Notes: generated from the letters alone by a model not told the origin. DNA of 24,000 nucleotides from Minwuia sp. (GCA_029210175.1 JARGPL010000024.1:75224-99223), one strand, 5' to 3'. Shown: positions 1-9,181, counted from the first letter of the stretch. Numbers and translations are program-made.

Positions 1-960
1 GATTTCGGGACAGGGGCACGTTTCCTCAGCGTCGACCTGAGTGATCGTGCGGCCTGCGAGGCGGGTCTGACCGGCCTGGAACAGGTCACGCATCTGGTCT
101 ACGCGGCGGTCTTCGAGAAGGCGGACATCGCGCGGGGCTGGACGGATCCGGAGCATGTCACCACCAACCTCGCAATGCTGTCCAACCTGGTGGAAGTGCT
201 GGAACAGCGGGCACCGAACCTGCGCCACATCACCCTGATGCAGGGCACCAAGGCCTATGGCATCCACATGGGGCCGTTCCGCCTGCCGGCGCGGGAGGAT
301 GATCCCCGCTACATGACACCGAATTTCTACTACAACCAGCAGGACTGGCTGACCGCGCAACAGCAGGGCAAGCGCTGGACCTGGACCGTGCTGCGCCCGC
401 AACTGGTCTGCGGCTTCGCGCTCGGCAGCCCGATGAACATCATCGCCGGGGTCGGAGCCTATGCGGCCATCTGCCGGGAACTCGGCCTGCCGCTGCGGTT
501 TCCGGGTGGGGAGCCGCGCACCATCGAACTGACGGACGCAGCCCTGCTCGCCCGGTCCATCGACTGGGCAGGCCAGGCGGAAACGGCGCAGAACACGATC
601 TTCAACGTCACCAACGGCGACGTGTTCGTCTTCGCGCACTTCTGGCGGCGGGTGGCAGCCCATTTCGCCATGCCGACCGATGTGCCGCACCCGCACAGCC
701 TGACCCGGTCCATGGCGGACAAGGAAGTGGTCTGGCAGCGGATTGTCGAACGGCACGGATTGCGCCAGACAACCCTGGCGGAACTGGTGCCGTCCTGGTC
801 GTTCATCGACTATTCGATGGGGTACGGCAGCCGTCCGAACGATGTCATCCTGTCGACCATCCGCATCCGGCAGGCCGGATTCGGTGACTGCATCGATTCG
901 GAGGAGATGTTCCTCGGTTGGCTGACCCGTCTGCAGGCGGAGCGGATTCTGCCCCGCTGA
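1..960 (+). CDS. Extended-SDR NAD(P)-dependent oxidoreductase, PRISE-like (progesterone 5-beta-reductase / iridoid synthase-like); 5' end lies outside the window
   Basis: Frame 1 is open from base 1 (DFGTGARFLSVDLSD...VTHLVYAAVFEK) and continues into tracked ORF 175..960. Family-typical motifs are TKAYG, PNFYYNQQDWL and WTWTVLRPQLVCGF. Confidence 0.75.
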   Translation, partial: DFGTGARFLSVDLSDRAACEAGLTGLEQVTHLVYAAVFEKADIARGWTDPEHVTTNLAMLSNLVEVLEQRAPNLRHITLMQGTKAYGIHMGPFRLPAREDDPRYMTPNFYYNQQDWLTAQQQGKRWTWTVLRPQLVCGFALGSPMNIIAGVGAYAAICRELGLPLRFPGGEPRTIELTDAALLARSIDWAGQAETAQNTIFNVTNGDVFVFAHFWRRVAAHFAMPTDVPHPHSLTRSMADKEVVWQRIVERHGLRQTTLAELVPSWSFIDYSMGYGSRPNDVILSTIRIRQAGFGDCIDSEEMFLGWLTRLQAERILPR

Positions 961-1014
961 CGGCCCGGCCCGGCACCGCTGCCGGGCGGCAGAAGCATCT
1001 GTCTCGGCGGTGCC

Positions 1015-1878
1015 TCAGCGCGGCACGGACAGTGTCACCTCCTGCCCCTTCACCAGCGGGATGATGACCGACATGCCGTCGTCACCGACTTTCATGGGTC
1101 CCAGGATGTCGTCCGGCATGGGGATGGATGTCAGGACGGTTACCTGACCGCCGCGCAAGCTGACGACTGCAATCGACTTGCGCCCGATTTCCGGCAGCAC
1201 CAGATCGGGCAGGCCATCGCTGTTCCAGTCCAGCGTGACAGACAGGTCCTGAATGCGGCTGCCTATGGCATGGTTGGAGAATCCGTAAAGTTCCCCCATG
1301 GCCCGCATCTCGCCACCGTCCAGTTGCCAGAACTGCAAGGTCCCGCCGATGTGCGGCGTGCGAACCAGCGCCACCTCCAGCACCCCATCACCATCATAGT
1401 CGGCGATACCGGCCGGGTTCAGCCAGCGATTGGCGGTGCCGATCCACGGTGTGCGCGCAAGCGCCTGCAAGCGCCCGGCCCGCAGCCCGAAGACCGCAAG
1501 TGCCGATCCCTTCTCCAGGCTGGACTGCACCACGACGATCTCGTCCTGACCATTGCCGTTCAGGTCCGCCAGACGTGCCGTCAGGTCCTCGAAGACAAAG
1601 CGGCTGCCAAGCCGGTGGCCGATGATCCGACCGTTGCTGAGGCGCGCGTACAGGGTACCAGCCTCGATCCGGTCGCCCAGAATGCCATGGCGGTAACGTT
1701 TCACGGGCTGGCCAAGCCAGACCTGCTCGATCAGTCCGGTGCCCCTGGCGGATACGGCATCCGGCAGGGCGTCTGTCAGATCCGCCTGCGCCCGGGGTGC
1801 GGTCGGGGCGAGTGCCAGAAACAGCGCAAAAAACAGGCAAATCGGTCCGATTCTGGGAATCGTGCAAGACATTATCAT
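1015..1878 (-). CDS. Secreted FG-GAP/VCBS-like repeat protein
   Basis: Tracked ORF 1015..1995. I place the start at the internal ATG at 1878 (MIMSCTIPRIGPICLFFALFLALAPTAPRAQA), which gives a classic signal peptide. Repeated D-x-N/D-G-D/N-G motifs (DLNGNGQDEIVV, DYDGDGVLEVAL, DWNSDGLPDLVL) are typical of FG-GAP calcium-binding repeats. Confidence 0.6.
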   Translation of the reverse strand: MIMSCTIPRIGPICLFFALFLALAPTAPRAQADLTDALPDAVSARGTGLIEQVWLGQPVKRYRHGILGDRIEAGTLYARLSNGRIIGHRLGSRFVFEDLTARLADLNGNGQDEIVVVQSSLEKGSALAVFGLRAGRLQALARTPWIGTANRWLNPAGIADYDGDGVLEVALVRTPHIGGTLQFWQLDGGEMRAMGELYGFSNHAIGSRIQDLSVTLDWNSDGLPDLVLPEIGRKSIAVVSLRGGQVTVLTSIPMPDDILGPMKVGDDGMSVIIPLVKGQEVTLSVPR

Positions 1879-1993
1879 TTTTCCACGGCTTTTGGTGTCT
1901 GCGTACTTCGTCGCCTGCGATTTGCAGTCTACAAGCTGGACCCGCTCTCGGCAGGGAGCGTCGCAGGCTTGGCACGTGTTGGAAAGGGTGGGC

Positions 1994-2572
1994 ATGACAG
2001 CAAACTCGGCAGAATGGACGGAAGTCGTCGCAACGGCCCGGACCCCTGCGCACCTGCGCGACGATCTGCAGACGTTCCTTGGCTATTGGCAGGGACTGAA
2101 GCATCAGATGGGTCGTCTGCCGCGGAAAAGCGAGTTCGACCCCCTGGATGTGGCCCGGCTCTGGCGTGGCATCGGCATCATAGAGATCGTGCGCCAGCCG
2201 GGTATGGATGACCGCTACAGGTACCGGTTCCTCGGGACCGGTCACGATCACGTCAATGGGGCCAGCCACAGCGGTCGCTTCATGGATGACGTGCTGCCGG
2301 AGGCCGAGATGTCCGCCCTGCGCCCGGTGCTGGTCAAGGTCGTCAACGACGCACAGCCCCATTACTGGTTCCGGCGTGCGCGCGCGTCTGGGCGTGAACT
2401 GACCGGGTACGAGCGGGTTCTCACCCCGTTTCTGGGCACGGGCGAGACCATTGATTTCCTGATCGGCTACTGGGTCTGGCACTGGCAGCCGGGCCGCCCG
2501 CCGGGCTTGCGTCTGGTGGCGGATCAGGGGCGGACCATCCCCCCGCGGCAGGGCGAAAGCAGCCTGCTGTAA
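1994..2572 (+). CDS. PAS-fold protein of the alphaproteobacterial PF07310-like family; function unknown
   Basis: Tracked ORF 1739..2572. The ATG at 1994 is preceded by GGAAAGGGTGGGC, and the part upstream of it overlaps the divergent gene. The sequence LGYWQGLKHQMGRLPRKSEFDPLDVARLW...YRYRFLGTG resembles that family by recollection. Confidence 0.6.
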   Translation: MTANSAEWTEVVATARTPAHLRDDLQTFLGYWQGLKHQMGRLPRKSEFDPLDVARLWRGIGIIEIVRQPGMDDRYRYRFLGTGHDHVNGASHSGRFMDDVLPEAEMSALRPVLVKVVNDAQPHYWFRRARASGRELTGYERVLTPFLGTGETIDFLIGYWVWHWQPGRPPGLRLVADQGRTIPPRQGESSLL

Positions 2573-2626
2573 TCTGCCCGGCTGTCTGATTGCGTTGCCG
2601 GTGCTGTCATCCAGCAGCGGAACGGT

Positions 2627-3058
2627 CTACCAGACGCCGATTTCGCGCAGCGCGACGCGCAGGTCGGGCGGCAATTCGTCGGTGCCACCGCCAGCGGTAT
2701 CCAGATCCGGCGGCGCATCCTTCTGTTCAAGATAGCGCCAGCCCTGATGCGGTCTGCGCAGATAGGGTTCGGTCCGCACCAGCTCCGGCCCCAGGATCAG
2801 GCCGCACTTCCTGCCGGTATCGGACTGTACCTGTTCCAGGCCGATGATCCTCTGCCGCACCCGGATGGCCCCGGCAATGATCCAGTAGAGCGAGCCGCCG
2901 GCCAGCACCTCGGTATCCCGCCGGGGGCGGTTGCGGGTGACGTGGCGCAGGGTTTCGCCCCGTGCCAGCCGCTGTCCCTGCCAGAGTTCCAGCTGTTCCA
3001 CCTGTTCGACGCCGACACATATCTTCAGCAGATGCACGACCTTCGGCACCTCAGCCAT
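2627..3058 (-). CDS. DUF1489 family protein
   Basis: Tracked ORF 2627..3151, with the internal ATG at 3058 (MAEVPKVVHLLKICVGVEQVEQL...). GGSLYWIIAG and HQGWRYL match my recollection of DUF1489. The start overlaps the upstream gene's stop by 8 bp. Confidence 0.7.
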   Translation of the reverse strand: MAEVPKVVHLLKICVGVEQVEQLELWQGQRLARGETLRHVTRNRPRRDTEVLAGGSLYWIIAGAIRVRQRIIGLEQVQSDTGRKCGLILGPELVRTEPYLRRPHQGWRYLEQKDAPPDLDTAGGGTDELPPDLRVALREIGVW

Positions 3059-4433
3059 CGAACCGCCCCAGCACCTGCCACCAGAGATAGTCCAGCGGCA
3101 ACAGCACAAGGATGGTGATGATCGCCACCACCAGTGTTGCCCGGATGCCATCCGCCATCCGCACGTTGCCGAGCTGCATCGCCACCACGATGGGCGGGCC
3201 CTGAAACGGAAACAGCACGGTGGAATAGGCCGGGACCTGCATCATCAGCGTGGTGGCCAGCGGCAGACCCATGGCGACCGACAGCTGCTCGGCCAGCGGT
3301 GTCAGCACGGCGGGAACGGTCGGTGCGGTGCCCAGCAGGCTGACGCCGATGGATGCGGTGGTGACGGCCAGGAAATTCCAGGCGTCTTGCCCCGGGGCCA
3401 GGTCAGCGACGTTCAGGAATGCGCTGGCCATGTGGTCGGCAATGCCTGTGGTCGCAACAACGGCCCCCAGCGACAGAACGCCGGCGATGTAGAGCAGGGG
3501 GCGGAACTGCACTGCGTCGGTCAGCTTCGCCGCGTCGATCAGGCGGAAGGGCGGCAGCATGCAGGCGATGCCTGCCCCCAGCGCCACCCATGCCGGGGAA
3601 ACGCCATGCACGAAATCCGTCGCCCAGAGCAGCAGAGCCGCCGCCAGGATCACCACCAGGCGGCGTTCCGGGACGGACAGCGGACCGGGACTGACATCTG
3701 TATTCACGTCGCCGCGAATCCTGTCGGGAAACAGCAGGCGGATCACCGCGACGACCGTGATGGCCTTCAGCAGGCCCAGCACCGGAAAATGCAGCAGCAG
3801 ATAGTCGCCATAGACCGGTTTCAGGCCATAGAGCGTATCGGCAGCGCCAATCATCACCAGGTTGGGCACGTTGGCCGGCATGATGCCGAACCCGGGCAGG
3901 AACGCCCCCAGCCCGGCGGTTATGGCGATTCCGGTCCGTCCCTTCGACCCCTGTTCGAAGCCGAATACATCCGCCAGCCCCAGCGCCACGGGCATCAGCA
4001 GCACAACGCGGCCCACCGATGACGGCATGACGAACGCCAGACCCAGGGCGACACACATGATTCCGGCCAGCACGCCGAGGTAACTGACCCCCATGCGCCG
4101 CGCCAGCGCACCGGCGACCCGCGCGCCGAGGCCGGTATCGCGCACTGCCGCGCCGACGATCATGCCACCGAACAGCAGCCAGAAGGCTGCAGAGGCAAAG
4201 CCCGAGAACACCACCGGAGCCGCCGCGACGCCGGTGATCATGGCGACGAGGAAGAACAGCAGCGCCGTCAGATGTTCGGGGATCGCGTTGGTCGCCCAGA
4301 GGCCGATGGCGCACAGCGCCAGTGCGCCGCCCATCGCCGCCTCCCGCGACAGCCCCTCGACCGGCAGCAGCAACAGGGCCGCGCCCGCCGCGAAGAAAGC
4401 GGTGGCGATGATCTGGGCGGGGCGAAGGGTCAC
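3051..4433 (-). CDS. SLC13/DASS-family anion permease (divalent anion:Na+ symporter-like)
   Basis: 460-aa polytopic membrane protein with duplicated hairpin-type segments (PSSVGRVVLLMP, TAPTVPAVLTPLA) typical of DASS/ArsB-NhaD-fold permeases. The GTG start at 4431-4433 overlaps the upstream stop as GTGA. Confidence 0.75.
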   Translation of the reverse strand: MTLRPAQIIATAFFAAGAALLLLPVEGLSREAAMGGALALCAIGLWATNAIPEHLTALLFFLVAMITGVAAAPVVFSGFASAAFWLLFGGMIVGAAVRDTGLGARVAGALARRMGVSYLGVLAGIMCVALGLAFVMPSSVGRVVLLMPVALGLADVFGFEQGSKGRTGIAITAGLGAFLPGFGIMPANVPNLVMIGAADTLYGLKPVYGDYLLLHFPVLGLLKAITVVAVIRLLFPDRIRGDVNTDVSPGPLSVPERRLVVILAAALLLWATDFVHGVSPAWVALGAGIACMLPPFRLIDAAKLTDAVQFRPLLYIAGVLSLGAVVATTGIADHMASAFLNVADLAPGQDAWNFLAVTTASIGVSLLGTAPTVPAVLTPLAEQLSVAMGLPLATTLMMQVPAYSTVLFPFQGPPIVVAMQLGNVRMADGIRATLVVAIITILVLLPLDYLWWQVLGRFDG

Positions 4434-5173
4434 GGCAGAATGGCTCCACCGTCCTTCTGTGCCGCCAGTGCAGGCCCAGGTGCCGGTGCTTCCGAACCGT
4501 GGGACGTCGGTGCCGGTTTCAATGCCGGGATTTCCGGTCGCTCGACCGTGACGAAGTTGTCGGTTGCCGGGTCAAGGCGGGCCAGCCGCCCCTTGGCGAT
4601 GCCGAAATGCATGCCGTGCAGCCGCACCCGTCCTTCACGGACCAGATCCGCAATCCAGGGAAAGGTCATCAGGTTCTTGAGGCCGAGGCGGATGTTCTCC
4701 TCTTCCATCTGACCCAGGATGGTGTCGACCTTGTGTCCGGCGGAATGGCTCATGACCCGGTCCAGGATCTCGTGGGAACTGGCCATCCAGGGGACGACGA
4801 ACTCGCCGATGCCGTCGGTGTCCTCGTAATCCATCAGCAGGGCCTTGACGCCGCTGCACCCGGCATGACCCATCACCACGATCTCGCTGACCTTCAGCAC
4901 CTTGATCGCGAATTCCAGCGCGGCACTCACCCCGTGCGCCCGACCGTCCGGGGCATAGCGTGGCACCACATTGGCCACATTGCGGATGATGAACAGCTCC
5001 CCCGGTCCGGCATTGAAGATGGTTGCCGGGTCCACCCGGCTGTCGGCACATGCAATGATCATCACGCTGGGCGACTGGCCGAGCGCTTCCAGTTGGCGAT
5101 AGCGGTCGGCGTTGCTCGCGAAGCCTTTCTCGATGAACGCCTGATAGCCGTCCAGAAGTTGATCCAGTGACAC
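4430..5173 (-). CDS. Beta-class carbonic anhydrase with a Pro/Ala-rich C-terminal tail
   Basis: Zinc-ligand and catalytic motifs are present: CADSRVDP (Cys-x-Asp-x-Arg) and GHAGCSG (His-x-x-Cys). GTG start at 5173. The roughly 40-aa tail is ERPEIPALKPAPTSHGSEAPAPGPALAAQKDGGAILP. Confidence 0.85.
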   Translation of the reverse strand: MSLDQLLDGYQAFIEKGFASNADRYRQLEALGQSPSVMIIACADSRVDPATIFNAGPGELFIIRNVANVVPRYAPDGRAHGVSAALEFAIKVLKVSEIVVMGHAGCSGVKALLMDYEDTDGIGEFVVPWMASSHEILDRVMSHSAGHKVDTILGQMEEENIRLGLKNLMTFPWIADLVREGRVRLHGMHFGIAKGRLARLDPATDNFVTVERPEIPALKPAPTSHGSEAPAPGPALAAQKDGGAILP

Positions 5174-5341
5174 GTGCTCGCTCTCCGGGGCCGTTTCGGG
5201 GATGGGGAGACAATCGGACGCTTTGCGTCGTCATGCAAGGTGGCTAGGCTCGGGATCATTCCATCGCGCGATGGCGGCGGGCTGGCAACGATTTCGAACA
5301 GTCAAGAGACCTAGCAGCATTTACACGGGGTTGGCGAGCGA

Positions 5342-6109
5342 ATGAGCGTCTGGGGAAAACTGATTGGCGGCGGGCTGGGACTGGCACTCGGCGGGCCGAT
5401 CGGGGCCATTGTCGGTGGCCTGGCCGGGCATGCGGTCGACCGCATTCGCGATCAGGATGAGGAAGAAGCCCTGGCACTGGCGCAGGGCACGGCGGACAGC
5501 GGCCGCCCGGCGGCCACCAAGAAGGTCGCCTTTACCATCGCTGTCATCGTCCTCGGTGCCAAGATGGCCAAGGCCGACGGGGTCGTCACGAAGGACGAGA
5601 TCCTGGCATTCCGGGAGGTGTTTCAGGTCCCGAAGGACGAGATGCGCAATGTCGCCAAGGTGTTCAATCAGGCCAAGCAGGAAGCCACGGGCTTCGAGCC
5701 CTATGCCGAGCAGATCGGCGGGATGTTTCAGGGCAACCCGGAAGTGCTGGAGGATCTGCTGGCCGGGCTGATGCACATTGCCCGTGCGGACAATGTCATC
5801 CATCCCGATGAAGTCGCCTTCCTGAAGGCGGTGGCGGAGATCTTCGGCATCAGCCATGCCGCCTACAACCGTCTGCACGCCACCTATCTGGGGCCGGACG
5901 TCGAAGACCCCTATGCCGTGCTGGGGGTTGCGCCGGATGCCCCGGATGCGGAGGTCAAGCGTACTTACCGCAGCCTGATCAAGGCGAATCACCCCGACCG
6001 GGTGATTGCGCAGGGTCTGCCGGAGGAGTTCGTTGCCGTCGCCAACGAGAAGCTGTCGCGCATCAACGCCGCCTACGACCGGATATCGAAGGACCGCGGT
6101 TTCAGTTGA
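5342..6109 (+). CDS. djlA: DjlA-like membrane co-chaperone (Gly-rich TM segment + TerB-like domain + C-terminal J domain)
   Basis: The N-terminus WGKLIGGGLGLALGGPIGAIVGGLAG is a glycine-zipper TM segment. The C-terminus DPYAVLGVAPDAPDAEVKRTYRSLIKANHPDRV carries the HPD motif of J domains. Confidence 0.8.
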   Translation: MSVWGKLIGGGLGLALGGPIGAIVGGLAGHAVDRIRDQDEEEALALAQGTADSGRPAATKKVAFTIAVIVLGAKMAKADGVVTKDEILAFREVFQVPKDEMRNVAKVFNQAKQEATGFEPYAEQIGGMFQGNPEVLEDLLAGLMHIARADNVIHPDEVAFLKAVAEIFGISHAAYNRLHATYLGPDVEDPYAVLGVAPDAPDAEVKRTYRSLIKANHPDRVIAQGLPEEFVAVANEKLSRINAAYDRISKDRGFS

Positions 6110-6262
6110 TCGTGGTTCTTTCGGTCTCGGGCCAATTCCGCGGCGCGCTGCGGCTCCGACCGGGCAGCGAACGGTCGCCGGGCCGCCGTCATGACCGGGG
6201 GAGATGAACAGGTTGACTGATGTTCGGATACCGCGATCCGTCTTTCGGGCCATGGGGTCAAC

Positions 6263-6991
6263 ATGCGGATCATAGACCGCCCCTCCCCCAATCACGACAG
6301 TCGCAATGGCGCGCCCGTGGACATGCTGGTGCTGCACTACACTGATGTCGCGGACGCATCCGTCGCGCTGGACATGCTCACGGACCCCGTACGGAAGGTT
6401 TCGGCGCATTACCTGCTGGATGTGGATGGTCAGGTCAGCCGTCTGGTGGCGGAGGACAGGCGCGCCTGGCATGCCGGAGTTGCCGTCTGGCAGGGTGTCA
6501 GCGACATCAACGCCTGTTCCATCGGCATCGAGATCCAGAACACCGGGCATTCCGGCGCGTCGGGTGGGGCGGTCCAGCCCTTTCCTGACGCACAGATCGA
6601 CGCGCTGATCGCGTTGATCGACCACATTCGCCAGCGCCACAGCATCCCGAACCGACGGGTTCTGGGGCATTCCGATGTGGCACCGGGCCGCAAGCAGGAC
6701 CCCGGCGCGCATTTTCCCTGGGCGCGGCTGGCTGCGGCCGGTATCGGCATCTGGCCGGACGGGGACGTGTGGAGGACGGTTGCGGACGGAGAAGTGACGC
6801 TGGTTGCGCAGATACAACGGTCGCTGGCGACCATCGGCTATGGCATCGCGGTCGATGGTGTTGCGGGGCCGCAGACCCAGGCGGTCGTCGCCGCCTTTCA
6901 ACGTCATTTCCGCCCTGCACAGGTCAGCGGAACGGCAGACGCCGACACGGTTGCCCGCATCGGCGTCATCGAAGGTCTGATCAGCGGCTGA
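6263..6991 (+). CDS. N-acetylmuramoyl-L-alanine amidase (AmpD/AmiD-type, amidase_2) with a C-terminal peptidoglycan-binding domain
   Basis: SPNHDSRNG...VLHYT...SAHYLLDVDGQV...RAWHAGV...NACSIGIEIQN...GHSDVAPGRKQDPG is the amidase_2 signature. The C-terminal IQRSLATIGYGIAVDGVAGPQTQAVVAAFQRHF is PG_binding_1-like. Confidence 0.85.
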   Translation: MRIIDRPSPNHDSRNGAPVDMLVLHYTDVADASVALDMLTDPVRKVSAHYLLDVDGQVSRLVAEDRRAWHAGVAVWQGVSDINACSIGIEIQNTGHSGASGGAVQPFPDAQIDALIALIDHIRQRHSIPNRRVLGHSDVAPGRKQDPGAHFPWARLAAAGIGIWPDGDVWRTVADGEVTLVAQIQRSLATIGYGIAVDGVAGPQTQAVVAAFQRHFRPAQVSGTADADTVARIGVIEGLISG

Positions 6992-7029
6992 GACCCGGTG
7001 GGACCTTTGCCGGATATGATGAACTGGGT

Positions 7030-7221
7030 TCAGGCAAAGATCCGGGAAACAGCCTGGCGGATGGCGCGAAAGGCGGCGGCAGTCTCTGCGGCCCGGGCGC
7101 TCTGGGCGCGGCCGACATAGAAGTCCACGTCGATGGAGCCGTCGGCCCGCAGGTGCAGGTCATCACCGGTGGACGTGTTCAGATTGTTGAATTCGTTGAG
7201 GTTGATCTGCTGGAACTGCAT
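7030..7221 (-). CDS. Small hypothetical protein (63 aa), divergent from the LysR regulator
   Basis: The ATG at 7221 has an AGGAG Shine-Dalgarno 7 nt upstream (caGGAGaattcagATG). I recognise no domain, so it is called only on SD, ORF integrity and position. Confidence 0.45.
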   Translation of the reverse strand: MQFQQINLNEFNNLNTSTGDDLHLRADGSIDVDFYVGRAQSARAAETAAAFRAIRQAVSRIFA

Positions 7222-7340
7222 CTGAATTCTCCTGATTCGATGAGGATACTGTCTGCCCGTCGCCCCTCACCCGGCGGCTGACTGAGGGGAATATGTCAAC
7301 AATGCTGTCGCTTGACAAAAGACTATTTCTCACCAAGTTG

Positions 7341-7355
7341 ATGAGCTGAGCTCAT
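7341..7355. promoter_or_regulatory. LysR-type T-N11-A box: perfect 7-1-7 palindrome ATGAGCT-G-AGCTCAT
   Basis: Read directly from the sequence. It lies in the 192-bp divergent region between the 63-aa ORF and the LysR gene, 59 bp upstream of the LysR ATG and about 24 bp downstream of a perfect TTGACA hexamer (7312-7317). Confidence 0.5.
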
Positions 7356-7413
7356 TGATCAGGCAAATTTGTGCGCTGCGAAGAGCAATTGCAGCATGAA
7401 TGGAAGGCCCCGG

Positions 7414-8328
7414 ATGCCCAGACGCTTGCCCCCCCTCAACGCCCTGCGTGCCTTCGAAGCCGCCGCGCGGCACCTCAGTTTCACCCGCGCAGCTGATGAA
7501 CTGAGCCTGACACCGTCGGCGATAAGTCATCAGATCAAGGGGCTGGAGGATCTGCTGGGCGTGAAGCTGTTCGAGAGGCGCCAGCGCAAGGTCATCCTGA
7601 CCTCTGCCGGAGGCCGCTATTACCCGGCGATGCGTCAGGCCTTCGACCAGATGAACGCCGCGACCGAGGACCTGAAGGCCGAGGACACGGCGGGACCGCT
7701 GACCGTGAACGTGCTGCCGACCTTCGCCATGCGCTGGCTGGTGCCGCAATTGTCCGCATTCCAGAAACGCCACCCGGAGATCGAGGTGCGTATGACCACG
7801 AATGTGGAGGCGATCGACTTCAACCGGGTGGAGGCTGACGCGGCCATCCGCTATGGCGTCGGTGGCTGGCCTGGCCTGACCGCCAAGCTGCTGTTGCGCG
7901 AAGAGATCGTGCCGGTCTGCAGCCCGTCATTGCTGGAGGGACGTCCCCGCCTCAAGACGCCGGCGGATCTGGTGCATTACCCGCTGCTGCATGACGTGAA
8001 CCGCCCCGATACCTGGCGGCAATGGCTGACTGCGGTGGGTGAGGATACGGTCGACCCGGACCGGGGGCTGAAGCTGGACACGACCAATCTCGCCGTGCAG
8101 GGGGCCATCCAGGGCCTGGGCATCGTGCCGGTCAACCCCAGCCTCGTGCGCCCCGAACTGGACGCAGGGACCCTGATCGAACCGCTGGATTTCCACCTCA
8201 GCGTGAAGGGTGGGTATTTCCTGGTCTACCCGGTCGGCCGCGAGAACCGGCCACGGCTGAAGGCGTTCGAGACCTGGCTGACCGAGATCACCGCCCAGGT
8301 GACAGCGGAAGAGGGAAACGCGGCGTGA
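7414..8328 (+). CDS. LysR-family transcriptional regulator (GcvA/AmpR-like subgroup)
   Basis: MPRRLPPLNALRAFEAAARHLSFTRAADELSLTPSAISHQIKGLE is a canonical LysR wHTH. I prefer the ATG at 7414 (GGAAGG 6 nt upstream) over the tracked start at 7369. Confidence 0.85.
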   Translation: MPRRLPPLNALRAFEAAARHLSFTRAADELSLTPSAISHQIKGLEDLLGVKLFERRQRKVILTSAGGRYYPAMRQAFDQMNAATEDLKAEDTAGPLTVNVLPTFAMRWLVPQLSAFQKRHPEIEVRMTTNVEAIDFNRVEADAAIRYGVGGWPGLTAKLLLREEIVPVCSPSLLEGRPRLKTPADLVHYPLLHDVNRPDTWRQWLTAVGEDTVDPDRGLKLDTTNLAVQGAIQGLGIVPVNPSLVRPELDAGTLIEPLDFHLSVKGGYFLVYPVGRENRPRLKAFETWLTEITAQVTAEEGNAA

Positions 8329-8343
8329 CCTGGCTTTCCGCGT

Positions 8344-8380
8344 CTGGCGCGCCAGCCTGAACATCGGCCAGGCGCGCCAG
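8344..8380. terminator. 10-bp perfect GC-rich inverted repeat (CTGGCGCGCC ... GGCGCGCCAG) between the convergent LysR and enoyl-CoA hydratase genes; possible bidirectional terminator
   Basis: The stem pairs 8344-8353 with 8371-8380 around a 17-nt loop. No U-tract follows on either strand, hence the low confidence. Confidence 0.3.
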
Positions 8381-8404
8381 TCGGGGTGACGGTATGTTAC
8401 CGGC

Positions 8405-9181
8405 CTACTTGTGCTTGAAGTTCGGCTTCCGCTTTTCGGCGAAGGCGGCCATGCCTTCGCTCTGGTCCTCGGTGGCGAACAGGGAGTGAAACAGGCGGCG
8501 TTCGAACATCACGCCTTCGCGCATCATGCTCTCATAGGCCTTGTTGACCGCTTCCTTGGCCATCATCACGGACGGGCGGGACAGCTCTGCAATGCGGCTG
8601 GCCACCTTCAGCGCTTCGTCCACCAGGTCGTCGGCAGGCACGACACGGCTGACCAGACCGGAGCGTTCGGCCTCGGCCGAGTCCATCATGCGGGCGGTCA
8701 GCACCATTTCCATCGCCTTGGACTTGCCGACAAAGCGGGTCAGGCGCTGCGTGCCGCCGGAACCGGGGATGACGCCGAGGTTGATTTCCGGCTGGCCGAA
8801 CTTGGCGGTGTCGGCGGCGATGATGAAATCGCACATCATGGCCAGTTCACAGCCCCCGCCCAGGGCATAGCCCCCCACGGCGGCAATCACCGGTTTGCGG
8901 CAGCGGGTCACCCGTTCCCAGTTGGCGGTGATGAAGTCTTCCTTGTAGGCATCCATGTAGGATTTGGGCTGCATCTCCTTGATGTCCGCGCCTGCCGCGA
9001 AGGCCTTGGCGGAACCGGTAATGACGATGCAGCCGATGGCGTCATCGGCCTCATAGCCGTCAAGCGCCTGGCCGAGTTCGTCCATCAGCTGCTTGTTCAG
9101 CGCGTTCAGCGCCTCGGGACGGTTCAGGGTGATGAGGCCGACAGCGCCCCGCGTGTCGGTCAGAATGCATCCATAGCTCAT
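8405..9181 (-). CDS. Enoyl-CoA hydratase (crotonase superfamily)
   Basis: [31 protein letters not shown] and [16 protein letters not shown] are crotonase signatures. A GGGGGAGA Shine-Dalgarno lies upstream of the ATG at 9181. Confidence 0.9.
   Translation of the reverse strand: MSYGCILTDTRGAVGLITLNRPEALNALNKQLMDELGQALDGYEADDAIGCIVITGSAKAFAAGADIKEMQPKSYMDAYKEDFITANWERVTRCRKPVIAAVGGYALGGGCELAMMCDFIIAADTAKFGQPEINLGVIPGSGGTQRLTRFVGKSKAMEMVLTARMMDSAEAERSGLVSRVVPADDLVDEALKVASRIAELSRPSVMMAKEAVNKAYESMMREGVMFERRLFHSLFATEDQSEGMAAFAEKRKPNFKHK

Noticed and set aside
972-1014. Inverted repeat GGCACCGC...GCGGTGCC with an inner TGCCG-GG-CGGCA hairpin between the convergent SDR and FG-GAP genes, considered as a terminator
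   Set aside because: The loop is large and asymmetric, there is no U-tract on either strand, and the right arm abuts the stop codon. It is too weak to list as a feature.
5321-6907. 528-aa minus-strand ORF spanning djlA and the amidase gene. Similar long antisense ORFs occur at 1394..2482 (-), 8411..9370 (+), 11435..12790 (-), 12678..13973 (+), 14399..15433 (+), 18434..19591 (+) and 22351..23811 (-).
   Set aside because: Each lies antisense to a gene with clear family motifs. Their translations are Arg/Gly/Pro/His-rich with no recognisable domains, which is typical of stop-codon-poor shadow frames in high-GC DNA.
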